A stretch of 64,000 nucleotides of DNA from an uncultured Porticoccaceae bacterium (lineage in GTDB: Bacteria; Pseudomonadota; Gammaproteobacteria; Pseudomonadales; GM7GCV1), in assembly GCA_964623085.1 (NCBI GenBank), contig CAZUTO010000003.1, positions 37,863-101,862 on the forward strand, given 5' to 3'. The notes beneath the pieces were generated by a model. The model was not told where the DNA came from. It searched no databases and saw nothing but the letters and a program-made list of their open reading frames with translations. Made by a program: the position numbers and the translations under genes. Positions 21,205 through 31,410 of the stretch are shown here, in pieces. Numbering within the stretch: the stretch's first letter is position 1; every line of letters begins with the position of its first letter.

Positions 21205-22871
21205 TAGGGCGTTCTCTCTAACTTAGGTGACTGATTAGAAAGATCATACAACGCCATGATGGTATCTTTACCGAGCACTCCATCAGACTCCATACCATTA
21301 TCAGCCTGAAAGAATCTTACCTGTTCGCTAATGGCGACTGAATAAACACCGCCGGTAATAACTTGCTGATAATCTGCATTCCACTTCACCATCTGGTCTT
21401 GTAACCAGTCAACTACAGGCGCGTTTTTCGTGCCTACGTAGATGGCATCCACATACCCTTGTGGCGGCTGCCAAAAATAAAGGTAGATTCCATCCCAGCG
21501 GCTTGCAAGCTCTTCTGAGGTCAGTCGAAACGTACCTTTCGAATTTGACAGATTGAAACCTTCATCACTTAAAGAAGCTAAAAAATACATAGAAGCCTGA
21601 TCGTCCGCATCTACTAATCGAACAATACCAGGTCGACGTTTCTGCGCCAGTTCCTCAACATCCAGGCTCAACTCAACCTGGCAAACTAAGCCTGCATTCG
21701 TGCCTACGCTGCATAGATCAGCTTGACGCGTCACTGTTTCATCAATCGACCAAAGCTTCAGTAATGCGTCATACGCATTTGGCAAAATCTGGTCCGCCAC
21801 AGGGTTCTGGCTTTCAGCCTGCACATCAATGACATCAGCGTCATTCGCCTCAACATATAGGTCGATGGGTAGATGAAGAGGCAAACGCTTGGGTAACTCA
21901 GGAGGTACGTTGACCGATGCGGCTAAGTTTTCTTGTGGAAAGTATCTAGCGCCCACATACCCACCAAAAACTAGCAGTGCCAAAATGCTGGCTAACATTG
22001 CCGCTCGCCCAAAAGTGCGGGAAGAACCTTTCTTGCCATCATTCTGTGTATCTAATTGAATTTCACCAGAGAAAACTTCTTTAGATGCTTGCTGAACAAT
22101 ATGTTTGGTCACCGAAGCCTCTTCCGATGCATAGGCACCCAAAAGGCTGCGCTCGGACAGCAGATTAATAACCCTAGGAACACCTTTTGAAATTCGATGT
22201 AACTCTGCAGACGCAGCTTGGTCGAAAACTGGCCGGTTACAGCCCGCTCGACTCAAACGATGGCTCAGATAGCTAGTAGTCTCTTGCAGATCTAGGGGCT
22301 CTAGATGGTACCGTGACACAACACGCTGATTAAGCTGCCTTAATTCGGGCCGACCAATCACCTCTAACAGTTCTGGCTGGGCAACAAGAAGAATATGTAG
22401 AAGTTTTGTCGTGTCTGTTTCAAGATTGGTTAACAAACGCAGCATTTCTAACACTGTTGGATCGAGATTTTGTGCTTCCTCGATTACCAACAGCGTTTTA
22501 GTTCCATTCGCATGAGAGTCTAGGAGATCCTTATTAAGCGCGTCCGTATACTCGCGAATGTTGGCCTTATCAGCATCTAACGGAATTCGCAGCTCTTGGC
22601 AGATGCTGCTCATTAAATCTAATTCCCCCAATCGAGCATTGAGAATGTAGGCAACACGCACATTGCCAGGAAGCTCGCGTAACAAAAGACGTGTGAGTGT
22701 TGTTTTACCCGTGCCAACTTCCCCCGTAAGGAGAATAAAACCACCTTCTCGCTCTAACCCATATTTTAGATGCGCAAGCGCCTGCCGATGGCGAACACTG
22801 GGATACAAAAAAGAAGGGTCTGGAGAAATCGTAAAGGGCTCTTTCTTGAGTCCAAAGTAATCGAGATACAT
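21204..22871 (-). CDS. gspA: Type II secretion ATPase GspA (ExeA-like, AAA plus C-terminal peptidoglycan-binding domain)
   Basis: MYLDYFGLKKEPFTISPDPSFLY...LLTGEVGTGKTTL, a TM segment, and a C-terminal PG-binding-like motif DGVLGKDTIMAL. Confidence 0.85.
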   Translation of the reverse strand: MYLDYFGLKKEPFTISPDPSFLYPSVRHRQALAHLKYGLEREGGFILLTGEVGTGKTTLTRLLLRELPGNVRVAYILNARLGELDLMSSICQELRIPLDADKANIREYTDALNKDLLDSHANGTKTLLVIEEAQNLDPTVLEMLRLLTNLETDTTKLLHILLVAQPELLEVIGRPELRQLNQRVVSRYHLEPLDLQETTSYLSHRLSRAGCNRPVFDQAASAELHRISKGVPRVINLLSERSLLGAYASEEASVTKHIVQQASKEVFSGEIQLDTQNDGKKGSSRTFGRAAMLASILALLVFGGYVGARYFPQENLAASVNVPPELPKRLPLHLPIDLYVEANDADVIDVQAESQNPVADQILPNAYDALLKLWSIDETVTRQADLCSVGTNAGLVCQVELSLDVEELAQKRRPGIVRLVDADDQASMYFLASLSDEGFNLSNSKGTFRLTSEELASRWDGIYLYFWQPPQGYVDAIYVGTKNAPVVDWLQDQMVKWNADYQQVITGGVYSVAISEQVRFFQADNGMESDGVLGKDTIMALYDLSNQSPKLERTP

Positions 22872-22889
22872 GGCTGCTAGCCCTATGCG

Positions 22890-24833
22890 CTATTCCTGAT
22901 AGGATTCAGGTTCAGGATCGAACAATTCGAAAATATCATCAGAAGTACTTCTACCTCTTTCCAATTCCGAATCAAACTGATACTCACGCAAGTATTTATA
23001 TCTCTCGTCAGTAATAACCGCGGCATCTTCAGGCTCTCGGAGAATAGTAGGTCGTATAAATACCATCAGCACGTCTTGGCTGACCGATTTACCGCTATCT
23101 CGAAACAGCCAACCTAGAACAGGAATACTTCCTAGAATGGGAACCTTAGACTTAGTTTCATTTTTTTGATCCTGAATCAAGCCACCCAAAACAAGGAGTT
23201 CTCTATCTTCGATAATCACATTGGTTGTCAAGGTCGTAACATCTGTGACCACATCGGAGACGCCTTGAACCGCTGTCTCCGCCACTGATGAAATCTCTTG
23301 CGCAATCTGCAAGCGCACAGAGTCTCCATCATTAATCTGAGGCGTAACCGTTAAAACCACACCCACTTCCTCTCGCTCAATCGTCTGAAACGGGTTGGTT
23401 GCGTTATCTGCTGCACCGGTGAAACTACCGGTTATAAATGGAACCTCCTGACCTACCGAGAGGCTTGCTTCTTCGTTGTCTAGAGTAAGCACCGATGGCG
23501 TGGAAAGAATGTTGGTTCGAGAATCCGTTGCCAATGCTCGAATTAGCAGCCCAAAACCCTCTCCTGAATCACTATCAAAATCACCAAAGGCACCTGTTAC
23601 GCCCGCACCAATGCCAGACAGTGCTGCCGAAGCATCAATGCCTCCAGCACCATCGGAAAGCGCATCATCTGCAATCACACCAAGCAGCGTATTTAGAACG
23701 CCATCAAAAGACGTCACAAGCCCGCCAGTGTTTCTCCCAACAGCCGCGAGTTCGGAAGCAATATCTCTGGAGACATCTTCCGACACACTGGCAATAACGC
23801 CCTCAATTAGAACCTGCGGGCGCCGACGATCCAGCTTTCTAATCACATTACGTACTTCACTAATAACGGATGCAGAGGCTGCAATAACTAAGGCGTTATT
23901 GTCTGTGTCAGCCTGAATGGTAAATCCACTGGCAGCAGCTGTTGCTCCGTCACCACCAGGTGCAACCGCTGCGCCTTCGCCCGCCAGCCTCAGAAAAGTT
24001 TCCGACGCCAACATGCCATCTAGAATCGGTTTAATATCTTCCGCCGAGGAGTAATTCAGATAAATGACCTCTACACCACCCTGTTCAGTGGTAGGAACAT
24101 CAAGCTCCTTAACAAAGGTTCGGAAGCCGGCGCGAGCGGTACGAGACCCGCTTACAATCACTCGGTTGTTAAACGAATCTTCCACGATACTGAGTTGCTG
24201 CTCTTGGAACTGGCGTAGTTGCCCTGCAATGTGCAATGCTTCACCCGCCGAAATATGATTCAGCAAGATAACGTCTACCTCAGATTGTTCTGGAGTGTCG
24301 ATCTCTCTAAGAATATTTTCGACCTGCTGGATTTGTGACGCCGTGTCCGTAATCACCAAGTAGTTACCCGCTTGATAAGGGGTTATCAATGCCCCCTTGC
24401 TCATCATGGGCCGAAGCACCTGCTGAATCTCTTCCGCAGCAACGTGATTAAGCGGAATCACCTTGGTCTGCATACTACCACCTACTATCCCTTGTGGAAT
24501 CTGAAATGCACTTGAAAAAGGCACTATCCTCGTTACAGCGCCATCATCAACTGCCTGAAAGCCTAGAACCTGCAGCGCCGAAAGAATCGCTTCATAGAAC
24601 ATATCAGCATCGATCTCGCCAGGTGCAATAATAGTGAGATTGCCTCGCACTCGGGGATCAAGCACAAAAGAACGTCCTGTAATTTCTGCAGCACTCTCAA
24701 TCACTGCACGAATATCAGCTTCGCGAAAATTCAAGCTCACACTCTGACTAAAGGCCTGCAGGCTAATCAGTGTGGAAAAAATAATGACGAAAATTCTTAA
24801 AGCATTGCGTTTTATCATTTTTCTAGTAAACAT
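22890..24833 (-). CDS. gspD: Type II secretion secretin GspD
   Basis: Signal peptide, N0-N3 domains, and a secretin C-domain (TKSKVPILGSIPVLGWLFR). Confidence 0.93.
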   Translation of the reverse strand: MFTRKMIKRNALRIFVIIFSTLISLQAFSQSVSLNFREADIRAVIESAAEITGRSFVLDPRVRGNLTIIAPGEIDADMFYEAILSALQVLGFQAVDDGAVTRIVPFSSAFQIPQGIVGGSMQTKVIPLNHVAAEEIQQVLRPMMSKGALITPYQAGNYLVITDTASQIQQVENILREIDTPEQSEVDVILLNHISAGEALHIAGQLRQFQEQQLSIVEDSFNNRVIVSGSRTARAGFRTFVKELDVPTTEQGGVEVIYLNYSSAEDIKPILDGMLASETFLRLAGEGAAVAPGGDGATAAASGFTIQADTDNNALVIAASASVISEVRNVIRKLDRRRPQVLIEGVIASVSEDVSRDIASELAAVGRNTGGLVTSFDGVLNTLLGVIADDALSDGAGGIDASAALSGIGAGVTGAFGDFDSDSGEGFGLLIRALATDSRTNILSTPSVLTLDNEEASLSVGQEVPFITGSFTGAADNATNPFQTIEREEVGVVLTVTPQINDGDSVRLQIAQEISSVAETAVQGVSDVVTDVTTLTTNVIIEDRELLVLGGLIQDQKNETKSKVPILGSIPVLGWLFRDSGKSVSQDVLMVFIRPTILREPEDAAVITDERYKYLREYQFDSELERGRSTSDDIFELFDPEPESYQE

Positions 24834-24841
24834 CTATAAAG

Positions 24842-25714
24842 CTATTGGATCAACCCAGCATCGAGTTGAGGAATAATTCTTTCGAACAGGCTGGCGGCAT
24901 TCACATAAACTTCTTCTTGATTGCCATCCCTAAGTACAGTCATTGGCAAATTCGTTTCCTGACTAAACTGCTGCCAAAGCAGTGGATTAGTAAATAGATC
25001 CGCCACTGGCGTGCCATTAATATCGAGCACCACATCGTTCTCACGCAGGTCAGCGAGATCCCCTATATCTTCCGAGACTCCGCTGAGTCGCAGTCCCGTC
25101 CCTCCCCCTTCCACTCGAATGGGCGTCGTTGAACCGACGCCTGGCAAACTAAAACCAGCTGTCGCTGGAGCTGGCTCGTCGTTCACACGAATCAAGCTTT
25201 CTTCGTCCGAGCTGTCTTGAGCGCCACCGGTAATATCATTTAACAAGATCTGTCGCCGCGTCCCATTTTGGGAAATCACCACGCGATTCGGTTCTATTTC
25301 TTCCAGCGTAACGTTTCGATCAAGCTCGTCACCAATACGATATACCTGTGCTGGCTTTCTCGAAACGGTAAGAGTAGCGATCGAATCTTCACCCGCTATC
25401 ACAACGCCAAAAAGTTCTGCACTAATACTCGCATCAGCGATGTCTTCCTCTTCCACCTCTTCTTCAGGCTCGGCAGCACCAGCATACCAGTTCCATTGCA
25501 CATTAGCGCCAGCGGGCCTTTGAAAATTAACCTCTGCAAACACCACGGGACTAGCAAAAAACAGCGCTCGCAGAATAAGGCATAGTAAATAAATGACCAA
25601 TATCACACTCAACACCACTAACGCGGCGCGAACACGGTTCTGGTTTAGGCCATACCAGCTGCGCAAAGAGTCAGACCACATGCTGCTCACCCGTTCCATA
25701 GCAACAGTCTGCAA
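24842..25714 (-). CDS. gspC: Type II secretion protein GspC (HR domain plus C-terminal PDZ)
   Basis: N-terminal TM, an HR-like region (VYRIGDEL), and a PDZ-like region (LRENDVVLDINGTPVADL). It lies immediately upstream of gspD. Confidence 0.7.
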   Translation of the reverse strand: MQTVAMERVSSMWSDSLRSWYGLNQNRVRAALVVLSVILVIYLLCLILRALFFASPVVFAEVNFQRPAGANVQWNWYAGAAEPEEEVEEEDIADASISAELFGVVIAGEDSIATLTVSRKPAQVYRIGDELDRNVTLEEIEPNRVVISQNGTRRQILLNDITGGAQDSSDEESLIRVNDEPAPATAGFSLPGVGSTTPIRVEGGGTGLRLSGVSEDIGDLADLRENDVVLDINGTPVADLFTNPLLWQQFSQETNLPMTVLRDGNQEEVYVNAASLFERIIPQLDAGLIQ

Positions 25715-25738
25715 CCAATAAGAATTTAGCTTGCATCA

Positions 25739-26485
25739 TTAGCATGGGATACTACCCTTAATTTCCCAGCCATATCGATTATCACCAAGCGAGCTCATTA
25801 GCGAACGCACCACCGACTCAATTTGAGGACTGGCGAGCAACTGACCTTCCGCCTCATAACTACCGCCTTCCAAATTAACCTTGCCTTCAATTGAGGTGCC
25901 ACCAATATCAACTTCTATCGCCTGCCCTAGATTACGCGCAACAATCTGATGATCGCCGATAGATGCACCCGCTACACTAAAACGACTCACTTCCAACTGT
26001 GCGGATAGTTCGCGTAAATTTTGCATAGGGCACTCGTAAGAGGCTATACGAAGAAATTCTATTTCTCCCTGAATATTGCCATCTACCGTCTTCGAAAATG
26101 GCCCGAGCAAAGGAGCCAAGGCTTGATGCAGAAGCTCTTGCGATACTCGATGAACATGAGCGTCAGATACGCTCAAACTGCTGGGTCGAGGCGCAACCTG
26201 CGCATCGAAACTCCCCGCCTCGCTCTCAACCTCCATACACCAGGTTCCCAGTCCATTAATTGGGCACCATCTATAGTTCACCTCAACTAAACCTGAGACA
26301 TCATCGTGACCAAGCCACAGGTGCCCACTACTTAAACTTGCATTCGATAGATCTGTGATACCAAATCGCTGCATGTCTTCCCGCCAAAGCAAACTCAGCG
26401 GCAACTTAAAACACGCATAGAGCAAAACTACCAAAATAGCGGCGATAACTAATAGCGTCCACTGCCAGGCTCTCAATCTAATCAT
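25739..26485 (-). CDS. gspN: Type II secretion protein GspN
   Basis: 248 aa with an N-terminal TM. The position after gspM, the 4-nt overlap and the size fit the GspN family; the sequence call itself is weaker. Confidence 0.6.
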   Translation of the reverse strand: MIRLRAWQWTLLVIAAILVVLLYACFKLPLSLLWREDMQRFGITDLSNASLSSGHLWLGHDDVSGLVEVNYRWCPINGLGTWCMEVESEAGSFDAQVAPRPSSLSVSDAHVHRVSQELLHQALAPLLGPFSKTVDGNIQGEIEFLRIASYECPMQNLRELSAQLEVSRFSVAGASIGDHQIVARNLGQAIEVDIGGTSIEGKVNLEGGSYEAEGQLLASPQIESVVRSLMSSLGDNRYGWEIKGSIPC

Positions 26486-27000
26486 TGAGTCGCCCTCGGT
26501 GGTGCCACAGGAACTGCATTAAACGTTGCACTAACCGCATCGGGTGCAGATGCAAGTCGCTCTATTTCCAAGCGCTCAACCTGAAATCCATTGCAAACCA
26601 ATTCCTGCACGTACGCAAGCATCTTATTGCCAGGAGCGGTATTCACCGTGACAGCAACAGCATTACCCGTGGTCTGTAAGCTAGCGTTAATACTGGAGCG
26701 GCGAGCAATACCTTGCGCTAAGTCCTGAGGGGTTTCACCGCTTTCCATATACGAAAGACGACTTCCACAACTGTTTTGCATACGGGCAACAAGGCTTGAT
26801 TGCTCATATAGCCAGTTCAGGTTATCGCGAGCCTCGTTGTATTCTGACTTGCGCTCAAAATACAGCCCCATAATAGGCTGAACCAGAACGATGTAGAGAA
26901 CCATTAGGCCGATAATAGGCACTGCGATTTTTAATGTCCGCTGTTCTTGGCTTGAACGAGAATGCCACCAAGAAAACAGTTTCTCTTTCCATTCAGCCAT
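26482..27000 (-). CDS. gspM: Type II secretion protein GspM
   Basis: Small bitopic protein (WWHSRSSQEQRTLKIAVPIIGLMVLYIV). The start is placed at the ATG at 27000, giving an ATGGCTGA overlap with gspL; the ORF-track start at 27033 is also possible. Confidence 0.7.
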   Translation of the reverse strand: MAEWKEKLFSWWHSRSSQEQRTLKIAVPIIGLMVLYIVLVQPIMGLYFERKSEYNEARDNLNWLYEQSSLVARMQNSCGSRLSYMESGETPQDLAQGIARRSSINASLQTTGNAVAVTVNTAPGNKMLAYVQELVCNGFQVERLEIERLASAPDAVSATFNAVPVAPPRATQ

Positions 27001-28096
27001 CGCCCGCCTCCATTGAGGCTTTAACCACAACATGCCCCTGCTGATCAGGGTTACCCCAATCTAACTTCAAGTCCGCCAATGCATCGAGACGAGCACGTAC
27101 ACTCTCATTTGGCTTAAAAGTAAGGTTAAGAGAATCACTCTCCTGCTTGATGGCCTGTATATCGCACCCTAAACAGGAAGATAGCGCTGAATCAACTGCT
27201 CTAAGCTCAGCAATTGGCGTAGACTGAATCGTAATAAACTGATGTTCCAAAAGGCGCAGGCGTTGATCGGCGGCAGCACGAATTTGGCGATAGTCACCGC
27301 GCCACTGTTCTCCAAATAAGTCTTGATATGCCTCAGCAACCCCTTGCTCAATTACGATGATATCTTTTTGCCACTGATAAGACTGCACCAGCATATAAAC
27401 CAAAAGCATAGCTAAAGCCGCCGCTCCCGCCACTAGACTAGGTATCCAAGGCTTAACATCGTTGGCGACTGTCGGACGAAAATCTCCCGCCAAGAGATTG
27501 ACATTTGGCATCTCCGAAAAATCCCAACTTAGCTGTCCTTCTTGCGCCTGCACTCGGTCCTTCCAATCTTCAGGAATCTGGTCCTTGTGCTCTACTATCG
27601 CAGCAATTCGAATGCCCTCGGACTTTGCTGCTTCAAGCTCCAGTAACCCCCAACCCAATGTCGCGTCGGCAGCGAAGCCGGTGTATTCGCCAGTCCTCAC
27701 TAACAACCGCGAGCCCTCTACGTAGACAGTCCAATAGCCTTCATCGATAGGCAATGCCAGAAAATCAGGAGCAAAGTGCAGCGGCCGAACCAACTTGGAT
27801 TCCGCCATCATCAACCAGCGATTCATCACATCTTTGCCAACGACATAAACCAAGGCTTTCTTATCCGCAGTCTCTGCACCAAGCACAAAATGCAAATCTT
27901 CGGGTTCGCGCAGGAGTTGGTCCTCCAAAAGCCAAGGCAACATACCCGCGCGTTTACGCTGTGGTACGTCCGGCATTTCTATCTCGTAAACAGATACCTC
28001 CTCGCTGCGGATCCAAAGATCCATTGAGGCAGGTTGCATCAGGCTATGATTTTCCAGCGACGCAAGTTGATCGAGGTGGCCAATAGTCTGCATCAA
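26993..28096 (-). CDS. gspL: Type II secretion protein GspL
   Basis: 367 aa with a cytoplasmic domain, a single TM (WIPSLVAGAAALAMLLVYMLV) and a periplasmic domain. It has an ATGA overlap with gspK. Confidence 0.75.
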   Translation of the reverse strand: MMQTIGHLDQLASLENHSLMQPASMDLWIRSEEVSVYEIEMPDVPQRKRAGMLPWLLEDQLLREPEDLHFVLGAETADKKALVYVVGKDVMNRWLMMAESKLVRPLHFAPDFLALPIDEGYWTVYVEGSRLLVRTGEYTGFAADATLGWGLLELEAAKSEGIRIAAIVEHKDQIPEDWKDRVQAQEGQLSWDFSEMPNVNLLAGDFRPTVANDVKPWIPSLVAGAAALAMLLVYMLVQSYQWQKDIIVIEQGVAEAYQDLFGEQWRGDYRQIRAAADQRLRLLEHQFITIQSTPIAELRAVDSALSSCLGCDIQAIKQESDSLNLTFKPNESVRARLDALADLKLDWGNPDQQGHVVVKASMEAGDG

Positions 28097-29193
28097 ATCG
28101 GCTCTTCTATATCTTCATCGTCAACAATGGGAGCGCAAAGCGGTCTCAATGGATTGATATCGTCGTCTTCCAAGATCAACTCCGGAATAAACTGAAGAGA
28201 TCGCGAAATGGTTCGTATATCATTGCGCCCGTTGCGCTGAAACAATGATGTCAACGCAATATTCTCGCCCCCAATCTGCACCTGTGCCCTAAGCTCGAAA
28301 AAATTGGAGCTCACACCAAAAAGGCTTGTTGGTAACTGTTGTGTTATTTGCGATTGAGGCATGCCAGTTTCATCTTCTAGGGCTTGGTAAAACGCTCCCG
28401 TGTCATCGTAAGGGCGGTTTTCGATCAACCCTTCGACAACAAAACCATCGATAAGTGTCGACAAGCCTTGCATGACGCCTATAGGTGCAGTGTTCACGTT
28501 GATAGTAGTCTGTGCAGGCAACGCAACGACATAGTCTTCCAATGCCAAAACGTCAACGAGACTATACCCCGAAACCGAAACTAATTCACTTAACGAGGTC
28601 AGTTGTGCGTTGGCCGTCAAACGCGGCGGCGTTTCCAATGAGTATTCAGAATCTTCTGCACTAGTCGTTACAATTAGATCGGTGTCAGCATCGATCCAAT
28701 CGACTATAACAGCGGCATGATCGGGAAACGCATCTAAACCGATATATTCGCGAATACCAAGGTAGGCCTCGACCAAATCATCTTCAGGCTCATTAAGTGC
28801 ATTCTCATAATCCTCCTGATCCAAAAAACCTAGGTTATTGAGGTTGTATTTGGATTGCATATCGACCATGCAGCCAGTCATGGTGCCGCCTTCTACGGGA
28901 AGCACTGGAATCACTCTTGCCCAATCATCTTGCAATGAATCCGTATTATTGTTCGCTAAATCATCGAGCAAAATACTCTTTGCCCAACTCTCAGCACTAA
29001 GTGCAAGCAAAATGGCCTGTTCGGAAACCATTGCTTGGCTGTTCCGAACAGAATTGAGTTCATGTCGATAGGCGAGTGTGGAGGCAACAATGAGTATGAC
29101 GGTGACCATCACAATCGTTACAAACAGCGCGACACCCGATTGCCTTGCGTACATAGGAGGGCAGTTAAAGGGCAGCTTAGCGTTCCTGCTCAC
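28093..29193 (-). CDS. gspK: Type II secretion minor pseudopilin GspK
   Basis: Pseudopilin-like N-terminus QSGVALFVTIVMVTVILIV, large size, and position after gspJ. It has a GTG start in a GTGA overlap with gspJ. Confidence 0.8.
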   Translation of the reverse strand: MSRNAKLPFNCPPMYARQSGVALFVTIVMVTVILIVASTLAYRHELNSVRNSQAMVSEQAILLALSAESWAKSILLDDLANNNTDSLQDDWARVIPVLPVEGGTMTGCMVDMQSKYNLNNLGFLDQEDYENALNEPEDDLVEAYLGIREYIGLDAFPDHAAVIVDWIDADTDLIVTTSAEDSEYSLETPPRLTANAQLTSLSELVSVSGYSLVDVLALEDYVVALPAQTTINVNTAPIGVMQGLSTLIDGFVVEGLIENRPYDDTGAFYQALEDETGMPQSQITQQLPTSLFGVSSNFFELRAQVQIGGENIALTSLFQRNGRNDIRTISRSLQFIPELILEDDDINPLRPLCAPIVDDEDIEEPI

Positions 29194-29969
29194 TGCTCTG
29201 CACCCTCATCGAGCTGGCCATCTGATTGACCATCATCCTGGCTAGGATCAGCGCCAGTCGCTCCACCATCTGAAGCGTCCAAGCCTTCATCTCCATTAGC
29301 TGGACCGTTACCCTGGTTGCCTTGACCACCTTGGTTGTTTTGCTGATTGACGCTCCTAGGGGATTCAATGCCCGGGATTAAGCGTTCAATTCTTGCGCCA
29401 TCTTGCATCTCTATGACCAACCGAACCATTCTAGGCAACTGATCGAGGGCAACCTGCTGATTCAGTGGCGGCCAGCCTTGCTCATATTCATTGGCTTCAT
29501 TGAGCTGCCAAAACTCGATGGTATTAACACCACCAATAAGCAACTGCGACACTGGCTCGACATCATCAAACAAGTCGATTCCCGGCCAAGTCCAGCGTAA
29601 AAACTCGCCTTCCTCGCTCAACGAATAAGCAACCCGCTGAAGAGTCGATTCCGTTCCAGTGATAGAAGGCATACCGCCGCGAGTCATAACCAGCAAGTAG
29701 TTTTCAATGTCAGTTGCGTAAGCCCTACTAACAGTACCTAGACGATCTCGCTCCGTGCGCGGTCGCATATGTAACATATCTTGCAAGACGATGCTCCATG
29801 CGCGTTGAATACGATCTTGATCCTGATAATAGGCTTCGTCACGCTCAACATAATCTAGGATGAAGGTCACGCCGCGAAAACCTAGAACTGTGAGCAGTGT
29901 AAAGATAACAAAGGCAACGATGATCTCTATCAACGTAAAACCAGACGACTTTTTTAAAGAACCTCTCAA
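29190..29969 (-). CDS. gspJ: Type II secretion minor pseudopilin GspJ with an acidic low-complexity C-terminal extension
   Basis: Prepilin motif SSGFTLIEIIVAFVIF, plus a 56-aa Gln/Asn/Gly/Asp-rich tail. Confidence 0.8.
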   Translation of the reverse strand: MRGSLKKSSGFTLIEIIVAFVIFTLLTVLGFRGVTFILDYVERDEAYYQDQDRIQRAWSIVLQDMLHMRPRTERDRLGTVSRAYATDIENYLLVMTRGGMPSITGTESTLQRVAYSLSEEGEFLRWTWPGIDLFDDVEPVSQLLIGGVNTIEFWQLNEANEYEQGWPPLNQQVALDQLPRMVRLVIEMQDGARIERLIPGIESPRSVNQQNNQGGQGNQGNGPANGDEGLDASDGGATGADPSQDDGQSDGQLDEGAEQ

Positions 29970-29984
29970 ACCGTTTTCGTCCAG

Positions 29985-30374
29985 TTACTCGACGATATAG
30001 AACGCAATTAGCGAGACAACTGATTGCGTATCTTCTCTTGGCTGCTCTTCAAAAGTAGTTACTTCATAGCGAAAAAAGTTGTCGCCGAGTGTTTCCTCGA
30101 CTTCTAATTCCCAATACCAAGTGCGCCCATAGAGTTCGGTATTGCCAGTACGCTGCCCTAACTGATTGCCTCGGGGCACCCATCCTTCAATGAGCTGATA
30201 TTGGTCTAACAAACGATTCCAGGCCGCTGTTTGACCCATAAACCGATTACTCAAGCGCAAACGCTGGTCGGTTTGCTGAGAAACAGAGCTATATAGCCCC
30301 CCAAGAGCCAAGCCTAAAATAGTGAGCGCGACAAGCACTTCTATTAGGGTAAATCCGCGTGACGTCTTTCTCAT
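29985..30374 (-). CDS. gspI: Type II secretion minor pseudopilin GspI
   Basis: Prepilin motif SRGFTLIEVLVALTILG; 129 aa. Confidence 0.85.
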   Translation of the reverse strand: MRKTSRGFTLIEVLVALTILGLALGGLYSSVSQQTDQRLRLSNRFMGQTAAWNRLLDQYQLIEGWVPRGNQLGQRTGNTELYGRTWYWELEVEETLGDNFFRYEVTTFEEQPREDTQSVVSLIAFYIVE

Positions 30375-30922
30375 TAGAGTTCGTCTTCGTCGTTACCAAC
30401 GATAAAATCGGCATTGACATCCCAACTGATAGAGAGTGACTCTTCACCAGAGACATGTATATTTAGCTTTCCAGCGGGAAGCGCTTGTCCAGACGGAAGA
30501 AACGCAACAAAAGGCTCTCGTTCTTCGTCCCTATCACGCTGACTCTGTCCAAAATCGATACGATCTTCAGCCTCGACCTCCCACTGCAACTTGTCAGAAA
30601 GCTCAAATGCTTCGATATCACTCAAGTGAAACCAACGATTATCGTAAAACGCGACAACGCGAAACATATTGTCCTCAGCAAGAACGCCAAGCACACTCGA
30701 TTGGAACACAGAAGATTCCGCCACTGCCTCAAACCAATCGTTCATTTTATCCGCTTCAGATTTAAGCTCACGGGAAAAGACGCTTTTAACACTTACTACT
30801 GCAATTCCCGAAGCCAGTGCGATGGCGACCACCACCACTAATACCTCAATGAGCGTAAAACCAATCGACCCTTGTCGATTAGCCAAAGGGTGAAGTCGTC
30901 TATGCGATAAAGAATGAGGCAA
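30374..30922 (-). CDS. gspH: Type II secretion minor pseudopilin GspH
   Basis: Prepilin motif GSIGFTLIEVLVVVVAIA; 182 aa; lies between gspG and gspI. Confidence 0.8.
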   Translation of the reverse strand: MPHSLSHRRLHPLANRQGSIGFTLIEVLVVVVAIALASGIAVVSVKSVFSRELKSEADKMNDWFEAVAESSVFQSSVLGVLAEDNMFRVVAFYDNRWFHLSDIEAFELSDKLQWEVEAEDRIDFGQSQRDRDEEREPFVAFLPSGQALPAGKLNIHVSGEESLSISWDVNADFIVGNDEDEL

Positions 30923-30930
30923 GCGCGCTC

Positions 30931-31389
30931 CTACTGGATATTCCAGCTTCCCCAGTCTGCATCAGCGCCATCCCCACCTTCTGCATCGTCAGCACCGTAG
31001 GTAAACACTTCAATCTCCCGACCATGCGCACCTGGGTTGGCGTAGCGATATTCTCGCCCCCAGGGATCTTGCGGCAATGTGTCGATATAAGGGCCACGCC
31101 AATTTCCCGAATTCCCTGGTTCAGTCACTAATGCTTGCAACCCTTCAGCACTGCTCGGGTAAGAAAATGCATCAAGTCGATACAATTTTAATTGTGCTTC
31201 AATCTGCCGAATATCTGATGCAATACGCTTCTCTTGCGCCTTTCCGAATTGATTAAATACAGTGGGAACCACGGCAACAGCTAGCAACCCAAGGATTGCA
31301 ACCACAACCATAATTTCCACCAGCGTAAAGCCACCCGATTTAATATATCCGGTTTTAGATATTGGTAATCGCTTCTTCATAAATTGCAC
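30931..31389 (-). CDS. gspG: Type II secretion major pseudopilin GspG
   Basis: GGFTLVEIMVVVAILGLLA and the conserved DPWGREY motif. Confidence 0.95.
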   Translation of the reverse strand: MQFMKKRLPISKTGYIKSGGFTLVEIMVVVAILGLLAVAVVPTVFNQFGKAQEKRIASDIRQIEAQLKLYRLDAFSYPSSAEGLQALVTEPGNSGNWRGPYIDTLPQDPWGREYRYANPGAHGREIEVFTYGADDAEGGDGADADWGSWNIQ

Positions 31390-31410
31390 TTCTTTTTCCT
31401 CTCGGTTTCG

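Noticed and set aside
23476-23916. Antisense ORFs of 146 aa and 100 aa (23495-23797) inside gspD
   Set aside because: They are Ser/Pro/Thr/Ala-rich low-complexity translations, typical of the mirror frame of a real gene. They have no start context or RBS, and the opposite strand carries an unmistakable secretin.
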